The notes under the pieces are model-generated. The model saw only the letters and a list, made by a program, of their open reading frames with translations. It did no database searches and was not told the DNA's origin. Positions 15,926-29,860 of a stretch of DNA of 64,000 bases are shown in pieces (the first letter of the stretch is position 1; the number at the start of each line of letters is the position of its first letter). Origin of the DNA: Balanoglossus misakiensis (Eukaryota; Animalia; Hemichordata); contig CM082588.2 in NCBI GenBank assembly GCA_040954595.2, positions 4,404,156 through 4,468,155 on the forward strand, read 5' to 3'. Both the position numbers and the translations under genes were made by a program.

Positions 15926-16017
15926 TTAACCCTTTCAACCCCAGTTCCCTCTTTAGAGGTCCAAATAACCATAGAAAACAATCGGTTTGGACTGAACCAT
16001 GTTGGTGAAAGGGTTAA
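15926..16017 (+). mobile_element. ~85-bp piggyBac-like MITE, copy 1
   Basis: TTAA-CCCTTTCA...TGAAAGGG-TTAA; internal GGTCCAA...CCATAGAAAACAAT..GGTTTGGAC..AACCATG is shared with four other copies. Confidence 0.8.
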
Positions 16018-16702
16018 GAGACTGCCCCGTCCCTTCGGGAGAATTAATGTGATGCAATTCTTCAATTTTTCATTTGGAATTTTCTGCACAGCAAACTTCC
16101 TTGCATGCAGTGCTCCTGATCCACAAACAAGCAAAACTCCTGGCATATTTCCACACAATGCTCCCAAATCTCTTTCCACGGAAAATCTCATTTAAACGAC
16201 TCCCAGTCAATGCCATATTAGGAGAAACCCTTTGATGATCTGGAAAACATCTGCCGTGATAATCGTGATAACAGAGACTGGAGTACATCTATTTCCCTCC
16301 ATTTCATTGCATTTCCTTCTCTGAGAGACCATATGACTTGGGGGTCAATTAGTACACAGTCCCAATGGGAACAATGCTAATGTGCAAAAACCACAATTGG
16401 ATTTTCTATTTTGGGGGAGCGAAAGGAGATAAATACTTCTCCTAAATTGGATTTTCAGAGTCTAGAATTTCCACCTGAAGACATTCATGTACATGTACGT
16501 GGAACCCTCAGGAAGGTTTTTATCTTGTGATTAGACAAAAACATCCAACTGGGAAAAATTCTGTGCTTCGTTGTTGCCTACGGCAACAGTTGCAATGTAA
16601 AAACCGAGAAAGTAAACTGGTTTGTACAATTGCCAATCCAATATACTGACCGATACATGTATCTACTAAGTTTTTCTCTGCATGCAATGTCTGTGGACAG
16701 CC

Positions 16703-16795
16703 TTAACCCTTTCACCCCCAGTTCCCTCTATGGAGATCCAACTTGTCCATAGTAAACAGTGGATTTGGACCAAACCATGGCGGTGATAGGGTTAA
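16703..16795 (+). mobile_element. piggyBac-like MITE, copy 2
   Basis: TTAACCCTTTCACC...GGTGATAGGGTTAA. Confidence 0.8.
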
Positions 16796-19700
16796 ACATG
16801 AATTTCTCTATAACTATTATCACATAAACAGAGGTCACACTTGCCAACAACTGACAGACCACTCACACAGTAGCCGAACCCAAGACGGCTATCACAATTT
16901 TCTACACCTAATAATCTGCAGCTTAACCTAACCATATTTACTCAGAACACACTAAACCACCACCCTTTAGAACTGAACCACTCAGTAGATTAACGAGATC
17001 TTAATGCAGCGACCAATTCTAATTACACAAACTGAGTGGCTTGAAGACACAGCAAATAAATACATGTATTGCCTCCTGTTAAATTAGTTCCTGTTCGGGT
17101 TTGTCCTGGGAAATTATATCTTCAGAAGCCATAGAGCTACATAAGGAGTAAATCAATACACAGATTATTATCAATGCAGTACAGGAATTCCATGACAGAA
17201 CAGGCTCTCTCACTTCAATAAGCCTCCACTGATAGCATCCAAATCACTGATAATGCTACATGTACAAGAACAAGGACTCAGTTTTAAACATTAAAGGGCC
17301 ACTATCTGTAACTTTTGGCTATTTTTCAGTATTTATCACTGGATTAGCAAAGCTTACCAGAGAAGCTTACATTAAATGCCAACAATCTCTTTCCTAGATT
17401 GAAGAGTTGGTTACCCATGGAAACTGATTCACATGAAAATTATGAAGTAATGATTCACTTCAGAATTATGAAGTGTGTCAACTTAACCCCTGCACAGACT
17501 TTCCTGTCTTGATTTGAGTCACTTTAAAACTTGAACAAAGCTGATGGCTTAGGGGGGAACAGAAATGTAGGGTCTGGGGCCCCACAGGACCTACACTGGG
17601 GGCCTGACCCCATACCACTGTTGAATTTTCTCACATAGTGGAGAAATGCTGGCAAAACAAAGTGGATTTCTGACTGAATGGCGACAAGGTACAAGAAGCG
17701 ATGTTGTGGTGCAGATTGGCGAAATAGTCCTTTGGGGATACGAACACTCGTTTTACCGACTCGGATAAAGAATTCTGACACAATAGGGGTGGCTACAGGC
17801 TACAAGCAGGGGTTAGGGCAAAATCAATACGGTATTGATTGGTGAACGCACCGAGAATCAATATTGTCTTCACAAAAGACGGCTCCATTATTGAGAGATG
17901 GCTCCTTGGAAGATATTTACTGTCGAAGAAATAATGGCGAGAAAGAGAGGGAAGATTGGCGACAGACATCAACTGCCGGCCCACATTCACAAAACATTCT
18001 TGAAGTATATTTCCAACACTGGTATCTCCGCTAGAACACGAAACATCGAGTCGATAAAAAGTTTAAGAGGTCGTTTAATCTGCACTATCAAGTATTGATA
18101 TTTTTGATCCAATGAAGTGGCTCATTTCCTAAATAATCAGCCAACCAAGGTCCTTTGTATCGCACGCCCAGCTGTATTTGATACAACCCAGCCATGGGAA
18201 AAACCGTTAATATTTTAATCCAACACGCCACTTTAGTTCCAGGCTTTCATTACTGCCCAACCGGTTTGGGGAGGGAAATTAAACCCAGGCTGCTTGGGAA
18301 GAAATTGAGGTCAGAAAGTTCACTCGGGGAATTGACAGGCAAGCGCCACGCTGTGATGTTTGTGGCATATGTGTGTCAGACAGTCCTTGGAACCAGCTAG
18401 CTTTTCTTCCCAGTTTACCAAAAGTCACCACAGCAAACATAGCTGTATCAATTACAACCGAAAACGCATTGTGCTGCCTTGTTATCTTACGTCTTTTAGC
18501 CAAAAACATGAAAGAGGGAAAGAAAACAGGGATCTGTACACACAGGCGATTTCTGTTTGTTTAGTTTGCCTGGATGCAACCCAAGAATCTATGTCCTATT
18601 AAGGGGGCAAAGGCACCAAATCATTTGAAATACCGGAAACTAGAATTCTCCAAAACTGACAGGAAACGCGCACTTAACAAGTCTGTGGCGTTATCAATGC
18701 TGAGTCCATTGGGTTCATGACCTCTGAAACTCTCTGGAATAATTTTGTGATGAACCATGGGATTCCAAACTGGCTGGCTTCATCTTACAAGAACACTAAA
18801 TATAATTTTGAAGCAATATCTCAATGTAAGAAATCCAAAGCAAAGTTCTATAACTTTGTCATGATATCATGCATGTACATATCTCAAGTTGGGATATGTA
18901 CATGCATAGATATAGACATATACATAGATACATATGAAATGTACACACACACACATATACATCGTACATACATGCTGGAATCATTTGACTATTCTGATTA
19001 TTTCATTGTATTTTCACAATTCTCAACAAACTGCCATAAAAAGTGTTAAATACTACTTAAAACTGAATCACATTTATAAAATAAGTGCACCTCCTTTTAG
19101 GATTATACGAGTTTGTGAATTGCAATTTATTCCACTGAATGCAAATACAATGTGAAAGTACATGGCAACTAATGCATCTAGCATTCCATACTCCGCCTTC
19201 TATTGCTGAGTAAAATTTTTCTTTCAATAATCAAATATTACTCTATTGGAGTCATAGATATTCCCTAGGGGCCATTTGAATCAGGAAATCTTTGGGTTAT
19301 TTATACAGAATTACATGTTCCAGCACTCACACAAAGCACTAATTCTAGCTTCAAAAAAAGTGTCATATTCGTGACTAGTTTTCTTCTTGAATAAAATTCA
19401 ACCTTGCCATAGGTTATAAAAATGGGCAATTATGATTCCCTGTTCATTGAAAAATTACTCGTGACTTCCAGCTAAACCATCTAGGCACAGCTGCTGTGAC
19501 CTTAAATATCGGTGAAAAATGACGATATTTGACATTTTGAAGAAACCAGTACAAAATGTGCAGGGGAGAAAACACCCCGAGGTGTCAGTCCACTGAATGT
19601 GTGAAATCGAGATTGCTAAAACGAAAATGTAATTTGCACCGGGCAAATTGTAAAGTGCCATTAGGGAACATTGTTCATTCTGGTTTTGATGCAATTAAAA

Positions 19701-22700
19701 AAGCGTATCATTGCGCCGTCCTACAGAGGCAAACCGACTCTATTAGAATATTTCATTGCGAGTCAAACCATTTGTAAAAACAACCTCATGTATAATTTGA
19801 GAGGTTCATATAAATGTGTGCCGAGGCTGACTCGCGGTTCTATATATCCACTGGCATTTTCTTAATTTGTATATCAACTTAAATTCCAAAGCCCACGCGG
19901 GCCTCATCTTAATTTGATAATCTTACCCACCACTCCAGTTTAATATGCATACAATTACAGAGCCATTATTATTTCGCGCTACTGAACTCTCTCCTTCTCA
20001 ATATCCTTCCAGTAATTCTGTCTGAATTACTAGAAGGATGTTCAAGTATGTTATATACTTGTCTATTTCAATATCCTAAATTAATTAATTAAACAAATGA
20101 ATATTCATGGTTCTCCAAAAAATCACCCCAAAAAATCAATTTAGCATTTTATCATCATTGCTTTTGTAAAAAATCAATCAACTGACTACTTTAACACATA
20201 CAATAAAGGTACCTTCAAACCCAATTAATTATTTTTTTTATGGTAATTTTGATTGCAAGGATCTGAGTGAAATGAGACACGATTGAATAATTATTAGCAA
20301 GAGAGACCTCATCTGAGCCAAAGCAACCTCACAGATAGTTCCATGGTGCTTGAAGTAGAATCCCTATTCAATTCATAAATAAATTATATTATACATAGTG
20401 TTTTCTTATCAACCAGATTGCATTAAATATATAAACATTTATCAGCAAACATATATGCCAGATTTCATGAGTATGTCGGCTAATTTTTCAGCTTTGAGAT
20501 GACACATTAGAGACCATTAGGAAACACTACATTGATGATCATATAAGTCAAAGATGACTAAAAAAACAACCTTTTAAATAATATTTTGCGATATACACTA
20601 ACCACATCACCCACATCAAACTAACCCTCACAAGGAAACCCATCAAAACTTGCCTCGCCATATGTCAAAAGGGTAAACTTCCTGACATCACAAGGAAAAG
20701 TCCTGTCAATCAAACTCGGCGAACCAATCACAGCTGGTATCCTGAGCTGGTTGAAATCAGTTAAGGATACTCATACTCTCAGAATGCCCTTGGATACTAG
20801 GTTATAATTGGAAAATATCACGCTCCTCATTTCAAAATTGACTTCCATAATCACTTTTCAGGTCGTTGCTTTCAATGCTATTATAAGCACAATTTAAATG
20901 TGTGAATAAACATCCAAACATGAAAAAGCTGTTAAACATATCATTTACATTGGTACAGTACACAAATGACAATGCAAAAAAATATTTTTTTATATTCATA
21001 GAATTTGTTTAAGGATAATTTCCAGAAATCGTGGTATTTGGACCCAAATCAGTCCCTCTATTTAGAGTAAAAAAAAACTCGCCCTATACTATAGTAGCAC
21101 TTCAAAGCGTTATCAGTGAAACTTGGAATACAGATACTGTTGCCAATGACATTTCCATTTAAGACATATAATGCATCACAGATCAATAACGCTGGTGCCA
21201 TACTTAACTTACAGAGCTCCATTTCTATATCAGTTTTTATACGTCAGAGATTTTAACAACACAACACCGACCCGCGCCAGCGAAATGACCCGCGGGATCG
21301 CTGTTCTAGAGCCACGTTCTTCCAAAACTGATAAAATTCACACCCACGTAGAACCAAACAATAATTTAGAATACAAACAATTAAATTTAGAATACAATAT
21401 TTACATTAACTTTCTGGTATATTTGATATCAGGACCAACACACAGAAAGTCACATAAATTCATGAAAGGTCTCTACACAAAAAAGTCAATTTTAACATTA
21501 ATTCCATTTCGCTTTCACCTCTCGAATTTTAATCAGAAAACAGGGTCAAAGTTCACACGAGACTATATCCTGAATGCTGATATTGTTTGGAGGCAGTAAA
21601 GAGGTGCTATCGATTTTAAATATAAAAAAAATTGTCGTCCATACATGACTATACCTGTTTTTTGTACTTGCTGGAGAAGTGATAAGTCTGGCTGAATGGA
21701 AAATGTGGCTATTGTCTCAATACACAATTGTGTCTTACAAACTGACCACTCACAGAGTGGAGTGTATTCTTTCGGAAGATAACACGTACTACTAAACACG
21801 TCAAGTTTAGCAACACTTTTTCGGGTGTTTTAACAGTTTGTGCATGGAAATCTCACGGATGAGCAAAACTTTTCCAGTGGTCAGTCAGCCAGACTGGTCA
21901 CCACTGAACAGTTCTGGTCAAGAATTCCTCGGCTCAAAGCACTGTGGAAACCTGCCCACTGGTCTGACACTTGCCCTGGGCTGTAAATGTATTCAGGGTT
22001 TTCAAAGCATGCAAAATAGCCCGCTGAAAACAAAGCTGGTTTGGATGACCAACCATGCATAGCCGGACACCTGAATACCTTTGGTTATTGAAGTTAAACA
22101 AAATAATAGAATTGTTACCTAGTTGATGATAGGCTTTTCAGAAAAGCGCTGTTTCAAAAACAACACAAGAGACTTGGCTCCACTGCCAACACAAATCATC
22201 CAGACCTATCCAGTATTTTGATTAATGCAATAATCTCCATGTCAATGCAGTTAGCGCATTTTTTTCTCTTTCACAATTTCACTGTTTTGTAAGAGTTGTT
22301 TATCTCAAAAGAAAATATAAACTACAATAGCCAAATTGTTAATTCGGTTAGCTGAATGTTCAAACTATAAACCAAACTCAGGAGGCAACAGACTTTGTAG
22401 AGTGAAATTGGACACATAAAATTCACAGATATTTTTTACTGGTGATGCATATATGAAAAAGATTGATTTATAAGCCGCGTTTATAAATGATCTTGATATG
22501 GTACACAAATTTGTATCTATAAATGTAGCTTGGAGCTGTCAACTGTACATACACTACACATGTACACACATTGGCAGATGCCCCACAAAATTGTTGTTGG
22601 TTATTAGACGCACTGGTACAAATCATCTGTTCGAAATCATGGCTTCGTGACATCTGCTTTAATAGTTGAGTCGTGGCGCAAGTCCAAATTTGGCACTGCA

Positions 22701-23691
22701 AGCTATACGCTTGTCAAGGAAGGAGAGAGGCCGGTTGTGGGGCGCTATTTTCTGCAGGAAGTGTTACACATATCGTGTCAACACGGGCGAAGACAGCCTT
22801 TATTCTCAGGGACTGTACTGACAGCCTACTGAGTGTTCGAACTGTCAAATCATATTTCTCGCATCGGGTCAATTTTCGGACTCTTTGAAAAAATCGAGCC
22901 TGTTTCAGGAAAATCTGGCGACTTGGTTTCCCCTCACACAATAAAACAAGCCCGCGACTAACAAGGCATGCGATAAAAATCGAACTTCAAACAACGAAGA
23001 GTTTTATGACTGTACAAGCCGCCATGAAACGAACTGAAGGACATATGGCGTGTTGTGGGGAACTTTGCACACACTTGCACTATGGTCCCTCCCGACTCCA
23101 TAACTTTCGCTCATAACCCCAACAAATGCTCAAAATGACAATGCATACGTCTTTATACGTTATGTGGAGCACAGAATGGGTTGAACATGGCCTAAATATG
23201 CCGCTATTTCAGCTGTCAGTTTGCACAAGACTCATTTCTAACAACGAAGTAGGAAGTACCGCTGAGCGGCCTTGAGTATACAATTACACAGTGAAACCTA
23301 CATGGGGGACTCGACTCGCCACTATCAGATGTGATGGAATGTTTACTGTTTTTCGCCAAATCGGGTCGAAAATCGGCGCAAAATCCCGATCAAGGTAGCC
23401 TTACCGGTCAACGAACACCGAACCATAACTGTACTACAGCTCAAGGTTCTGTTTACACTGTCTGACAGTTGTTGTAATACATCGATTGCAAAGTTACACC
23501 AAACTTTCAAACGATCGCCAAACATAGAAACACGTCTACGCAGTGGGGCTCCCTTTCTGTCCACATTTTGATTTATTCACCCACGTCATTTTTCAATCCC
23601 GTCCCCTGATGTGGATAATTCCCGACTTGGCACGGCAATCTATCACACCCGATCGCAAAATTACCCCCAAAAACAACTCGATTGCACTCAC

Positions 23692-23833
23692 CTTCTTCCA
23701 GGAGTCTCTCTACATGAGCAAATAGATTTGGTAAAGTTGCAAGAGCCTTCTTGTCTTTCAAAAGTTGAGCTAAGTATTCTGGTGTACTGCCAGTTGGCGA
23801 TTCCTTTTCTTTCTCTAACCCGATAGTACTCAT
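23692..23833 (-). CDS. QKI: Quaking/How STAR-family RNA-binding protein, coding exon 1 (QUA1 dimerisation domain)
   Basis: ATG at 23833 reads MSTIGLEKEKESPTGSTPEYLAQLLKDKKALATLPNLFAHVERLLEE, matching the QUA1 pattern (PxYLxQLxxDKK...LPN...HxERLLDEE). The 142-nt exon ends at a G|GTGAGT donor (phase 1). Confidence 0.93.
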
Positions 23834-23899
23834 ATTTGCTGTGTAAGGCTTTAAGTAAATCACCCTGAGTTAAACGTGTAAGGTCTAGCTGAGCATTAG

Positions 23900-24125
23900 A
23901 ACTGGTAAAGTTAGTGACGAACTACCGGATCACTCCAACGCCTTCCTCTACTGACACTACACTTCGAAGACAGTGAAATTTGTTTATTGACACGTGCGAT
24001 AAGAACGCATGCGCAAATGTAAGAATTTCAGGAATTAGGGTAGTCTGCGAATAGTGGGTCAAATTTTTTTTCTTTATACAGTTGTCAAAAACGTCGACAC
24101 TGTTCACTCCGCCCCAATATTTGCT
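23900..24125 (-). promoter_or_regulatory. Probable QKI promoter / 5' leader
   Basis: Directly upstream of the QKI ATG: E-box CACGTG (~23991), NRF1-like CGCATGCGCA (~24006), and a GC box next to CCAAT (CTCCGCCCCAAT, ~24107-24118). TSS not determinable. Confidence 0.45.
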
Positions 24126-25766
24126 CAAACGCTGTATTTATTGATATGCCGGGGAGATTTACGACTCCAATATTTCATTACCGTTCTGCAAAATGGATTA
24201 CAGCTGCTCCCCACTGAATACTTGCTATGGTGTCCAACCCATACTGGAAATGGTGTAGTCCAATTCAGATTCTTACATTGAAACAGGGATTCAATGGAAC
24301 TGTTTAGGAATTTCACTTGACAATGGCGTAAATGAGATTTTTTTGTAAATGACAAGGCACGGTAAAATGTGTCTTTTTAAACGCAAATCTTTAAACAGGA
24401 GTCAGTGAGTGAAATAATAGGAAGTGCTACGAAAACGAAGAGTTTCGAGTTAAAGGCAATCACAGTAAGAATATTCATGATCAGTGCCCCACAATTACTG
24501 TTCCAATAACATTATAGTTTTCTGGAAAATAAAATTTGATTAAGACGCACACTTTCAATTATACTAGTGAACATATTTATGTTTTATATCCCTTTTATGG
24601 GTAAAAAGTGTGGATTACACCAGTCTTGTTCAAGTTGCCGAAATTGTACCAGCGCCAATAGCAAGCATCACGCCAGATTTTATTGCATGCGTAAATGAAC
24701 GCCCCCTAAAAAATCTAAGCTTTACATTTCGCATCATTTAGGCACGTACAAGGATACCAATGGACTCGGTTTAAACAGGGCGTGGCAACTCATTTGCATT
24801 TTGTTACACTCCAGTAACCACTTACACAGTAGCTAGATGGCTGAGGTTTCCATTTAAAAGCCACGCCGAAGATGTCCGTCGACATACTGCAATAACTTCA
24901 AGTTCACGAATAAAAAGTCACGAAAAAAGAACAGAAAGGAAAAAAATCGTATATCTGAATTCTGTCAATTCAATCGACGAGCAGAATGAGACCAGTACCA
25001 ATTTCATATCCGAACACGGGCAATAAAATGTGACCTCGGCCCTTATGTCCGACCACTAAAAGCGCAACCCAATTGGAAACGCCTAACCATGGATTATTAG
25101 ATTTGCTGTAATAGCGTTGCTTCACAAGCCCTGGTCAAGTAATAACAGTGATAAAGTTGGGGCGAATGAATGCTACAGAGCGATAAGCTCCGAATATCTT
25201 CGGGATGAACACTGGATCGCCGCCGGCATCGTGGCGGGGGAGGCGTCGATTTAGATCCAGTAAACGATGGCCCAGCTCGCAAGCATTCATCGATAGAACT
25301 TTTCATAGAATTGAATTAACACAAAAGACTTACGGGGTTGACTTTTTTGTCTTAATCCCATGGGTCAATGACCCAGGCGATTAAACCGACTATTATACCA
25401 AAGACCTTCTCCAGTTGAGTACTGTTGTCATGCCGACAACTGTACACTGTGCTTATAATCACATTTAAATGTTAAAATAATCGAAGAAGTATTTTGACAG
25501 TGGTTTCATGATAGTGTAGTATCTCATTTCGCGGTATCTTAACTGCCCACTGCAAGAGGTCCCCATCGCTACTTTCATAATTTTTTGAAGTAGCCTAGTT
25601 CGGAAATAAAAGTCTTTTTCTCATATTTTGCGCAAAGCAACTTCAATAGAGATTATAAAGTTTGGAGGACTATCATTTTTCTGAAAAAGTTGTCTCCCAG
25701 TCGCGTACTACCTTTGTATTGATGGTGTTAGTTTGGAAAAAAAACATCGGCAGCGAATTCAGCACA

Positions 25767-26363
25767 TTAAAGCTCCACTATTAACTGCAGCTTTTGTCTA
25801 TTTTTTCAACATTTTTGTGAACCTTCGTATCAACCATTGTTTCTTGTGTCCAGCTCCCTATAGCGAGATTTAAATGCCTGGTAATTATCTTCTTAACACA
25901 GCCATCAATGCATAATTGTTATCGTTCAAAAATTGGGTTCAAGTCCGGACTTGAATGCATGCGTTTGTAAACAAAAATAATGGCCCACATAGGCTTCATG
26001 ACTTGTTGGCGAGCAAGCTAAGAACTGGCTATTATTTGGGATAATGTCGTCGATCGGGAAAACAGCAATTTCGTGATAGAATTCTCGAAGCTGCCGTCCC
26101 GCCGTTGACTGTAGAGGGCGTTTTGGCATAGGGTTGGTCCAAAGGGTCCCAAAGACCCAGATATTGGGTCGGGTGGTACAATGTAAAGAAACAGGAAAAA
26201 ATGAAAACATCGCGTTTTAACGACTTTTCTGAGTCATTGGTTTGTACTTTCAACCCGAACTAAAATTCAATTGTCATCAAGAACAGTAGGCCTATACTGG
26301 CAGTGATGGAAGCTGAATACACAGGGGGAAGTATTATCAAAGTTTACAGATACTGTCCCTTTG
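25767..26363. mobile_element. Decayed ~600-bp non-autonomous TIR element (Kolobok-like TTAA-AG ends)
   Basis: Left end TTAAAGCTCCACTATTAACTGCAGCTTTTG; right end CAAAGTTTACAGATACTGTCCCTTTG. Related solo ends at 17291-17335 (TTAAAGGGCCACTATCTGTAACTTTTGGCTATTTTTCAGT) and inverted at 55927-55970. Superfamily is inferred. Confidence 0.5.
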
Positions 26364-27396
26364 CCCTGGATATAATTCACACCTTTTTTATTTGAGCAGA
26401 CTTCCACTGCACGTCCTTTTCGAGAATCACAACAGAGTAGTTACACATCACTTGGCAAGCACAATCGAATGTTATGCTTCATTCATTGAAGCAACGCCGA
26501 AAGAATTAGCCAGATACTGATGGTTCGAGAATGGAAGATGACCACAGATTTTATGAATCGGCCTGAGCTCGAGGAATCTTCATACAAACATCGCATTTAG
26601 TGACACATCCATGTAAGTTTGGTTGCTCATAGAGCTCATCCATCCAGACGATATCAACGAGTTTCAGGACTTGAAAAACGTTAAAATTGTCAAGTAAATA
26701 TATACACACGTACATGTATATGACAATGATCTGTTTCATGGTCTTTTTTGTTATAGAAAAGCATACATAAGTCAAGGCCTCTATGGACAACTTTCTCATC
26801 CCAGGACAGCGAATTTATGCATAACCCTGCAGTTTGGAGCGAGAGGGGCCCGAGGGCAGGTCAAACAAGCATCCAATTAACGCCCCTTCGGGATGCCAGA
26901 CTATACAATTTATTTCTGCTTTTTTTGGTCTTATGGTCTGTCATGTGACAGACGAGGTTACAGAGTGTGACCCAGGGACATGCTCGTTTCTCGGACACTT
27001 TGAAGTAATTATAAATATCGAGGCAAGGATTCTATTTCACAACACTTGCGGCGAGTCTCAAGTCAGCAGAAAAGTGAATTTGTGACAGATTTGCAGCTGC
27101 ACTTGACGTGTCCCTGCATTTTCCAAATAGCTTGAATAGAGGAGGGGGGCTGCGGTTCTTTCTGCACCTGTTGACTTGCAAGGGCGTCGATTTGCGCTGA
27201 CAGGTTTATGGCCACTCATTGTGCAAGTTAGTGACCACAACCTCACAACATAGGTGTTTCGAGTCCAGGTCCCCTAATTTCCTCTGTGATTTCACTTAAA
27301 GTTTTTTTAGCGGAGCTTCCTGATAACTACAGTCACCCGTCGTTGGTGTTTTACTTGTTGGAACCGCCAGCGAAATTTATGCATTAGCTTTCCTTC

Positions 27397-27397
<1 letters not shown>

Positions 27398-27443
<46 letters not shown>
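27398..27443. repeat. (ATC)n microsatellite, ~15 units
   Basis: Directly visible. Confidence 0.95.
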
Positions 27444-29811
27444 GTGTGTGGAAAAGCTATGGGTGGACAAAGACACCCCCTCCGAAAAAAAACTAGCGGG
27501 TTCATGAGAGACCATGCTCTTATTATGTTATGTGCACTACAAACAACTCCAGTCATCCTTCGTTGGGCATGGCAGTGCCTAGAGGGAGATGTCGTTGTAT
27601 CATAGTGTACTGGGCATAAATCAGGCCAATTTTGTCATTGATTCATTCCAAAGCCGAGAGGCCGGAACAATCAAACAATGCACACAGTATACAATGACTG
27701 CAGTTTACTATTTTTGAATCATTTTGTGATTTATGAACTTAATATAGGTCTTTATTTGACATAAAAACGTGCTCTAAAGCATTCCCTTTTTTCTATAGTT
27801 TTCACTATTGTAGAGTTTCTGCACGCTTGCTCCTTCCAGGTACCTCTTCTCCCTCCCCTTCTCTCCCCATCCCCCTCCCCTCTTACTCGACCCACTCTGT
27901 GTCGAGCGATGCATGATTTTAATTTCAAATCTAAATAAGCTTACTTCATCATAATTGTGTACATATGTATTTAGAATAACAATGTTGGCATAAAAATAGC
28001 TTTAAACAAATATGAAACGCATCGTGATTAATTAGCGAAGATTCCAGCCTGATTTATATAACCATATTTACAATCGACACGCAGACTGCTCCTGTTCGCA
28101 GTGACACACACGTTCTTCTTTCCAATCAACAAGTTGTCATGGACACTGTCACACATACTTTCTCCATTCTTTCTTGCACTACACGACGCGCTTTCCTGAA
28201 GTTATTTTACAAGTAGAGTCCACGGCAATTTAAACGAAGAGTTGGTCTCTTAGACTAAACTCATTTGCTCTGTCACAAGGCGGCTGTCCAATATACCCTA
28301 CACAATACGGCCTATGCTTGGACCAATCGAGAACATAAATTATGCACGTCACCGAAGAATACATATCTTAGAAAAAAAATGAATGTGTTATCCTCATAAC
28401 CTTCATTCCCAGCACCTTCGAGGGCACTTGGGAAGGAATGATTCACTTAGCCGTGAACTGTCGATCTTTCCACCGAGTTGGCCATTCGACGTGATAATTT
28501 TAATGAAAGTACCACAGCAATTATCCAAATGCAATAACTTCGAATTCGAAACTAGGAATCCCCAGACAAGTTATCCCTAAACCATATCCTACATGTACTA
28601 GGAAGGGCAAAAACACACAAACCGTTTGGGACTTGTGATCCCTTGGCATGCCCTCAGACATGTTTATCAGGACGACCTCGTTAACCCGAAAGTGAATTTG
28701 GGTTCAAAATGATTATAGATAGAGTCTTGATATTTTAAAATGAGACAAGGTGATGATGTAAATATAAGAATCGAGTTGTTTAGATCGCTTTTGAATTACG
28801 TCTTAATAAGACCACCCCTCAAACTTGTATTTACAAGTGTTCGTTCAGGATAGCAATAGTTCGAAGTTTATCCGAAAATTGCCGTTTGACCTCTTCGGAT
28901 ACAAGCGTACTGGACCTCCAATTATCGCAGTTGCCATGGCGATTACGGAGACGAATGTCTTTTGACGTCACACATGGTCGACCTTTCCGTGCTACGATAG
29001 ATGCAATTGTGGGGCGGTGCGGGGTGGCCAAAAGCCAACAGTGGTGCGTGCACCGAGATTGTTTTTGAGAACTTCATCAAAGTTTGACTTTTTCTCCTTC
29101 CCTTGCAGTGTCACGGCAATAAAACGACATAATTTGTGACACCACGCCAGATTTAGTACACCAAAATGTCCACTGTTGTCCGCGATTGTGACAAGCAGTA
29201 TATTTGGCGTTTAATTTATCGCGACAAGTGGCCACGGCGACTTTTCGGGTAGAATGCGGCCAACATTCTTTCTCTCAAATGCTACCATCACAATACACTT
29301 AAGTTACACATGACTAAATTTGGAGTGAAGAGCGGCAAAGAAAATGATCCCCTTGTGACAAGGGAGAGCCAAGGGCTTTGTCATAAATTGAAGACATAAA
29401 CTATCGATTGCGTCCGGCCCACTTCCTCTGTCCAATGGACGATGGACATTTTTCAACTCAGCGAAACGACATATCCATAAAATAGAAGATGACATATTCA
29501 TTTCGGTTTTACTTGCAGCTTCAAAGGTTATCTGATTAAACTGAAGAGTCTCTTGGGGAGGACGAGGAAATAACAACTTGTACATGAATAAGGACATCGA
29601 GTATATGAACAGTTAGACAAAGGGGTTGATTGTGTGAACCATGAACTGGATAGAACATGGTGAAAGGGAATCTGTCTGGTTGTTAGATTTAATAGACCAT
29701 ATAGGTTGACTGGCGAGGGCAAGGGATGGGATGACGGGTTATCAGGCTAATTTTATTTTTGTCATACAATGAGAAAGATTAGTACATGTATATATATATA
29801 CATAGATACGG

Positions 29812-29829
29812 GTAGGCAGGCAGGCAGGC

Positions 29830-29860
<31 letters not shown>
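29812..29860. repeat. Compound (CAGG)n(CAGA)n microsatellite
   Basis: Directly visible. Confidence 0.9.
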
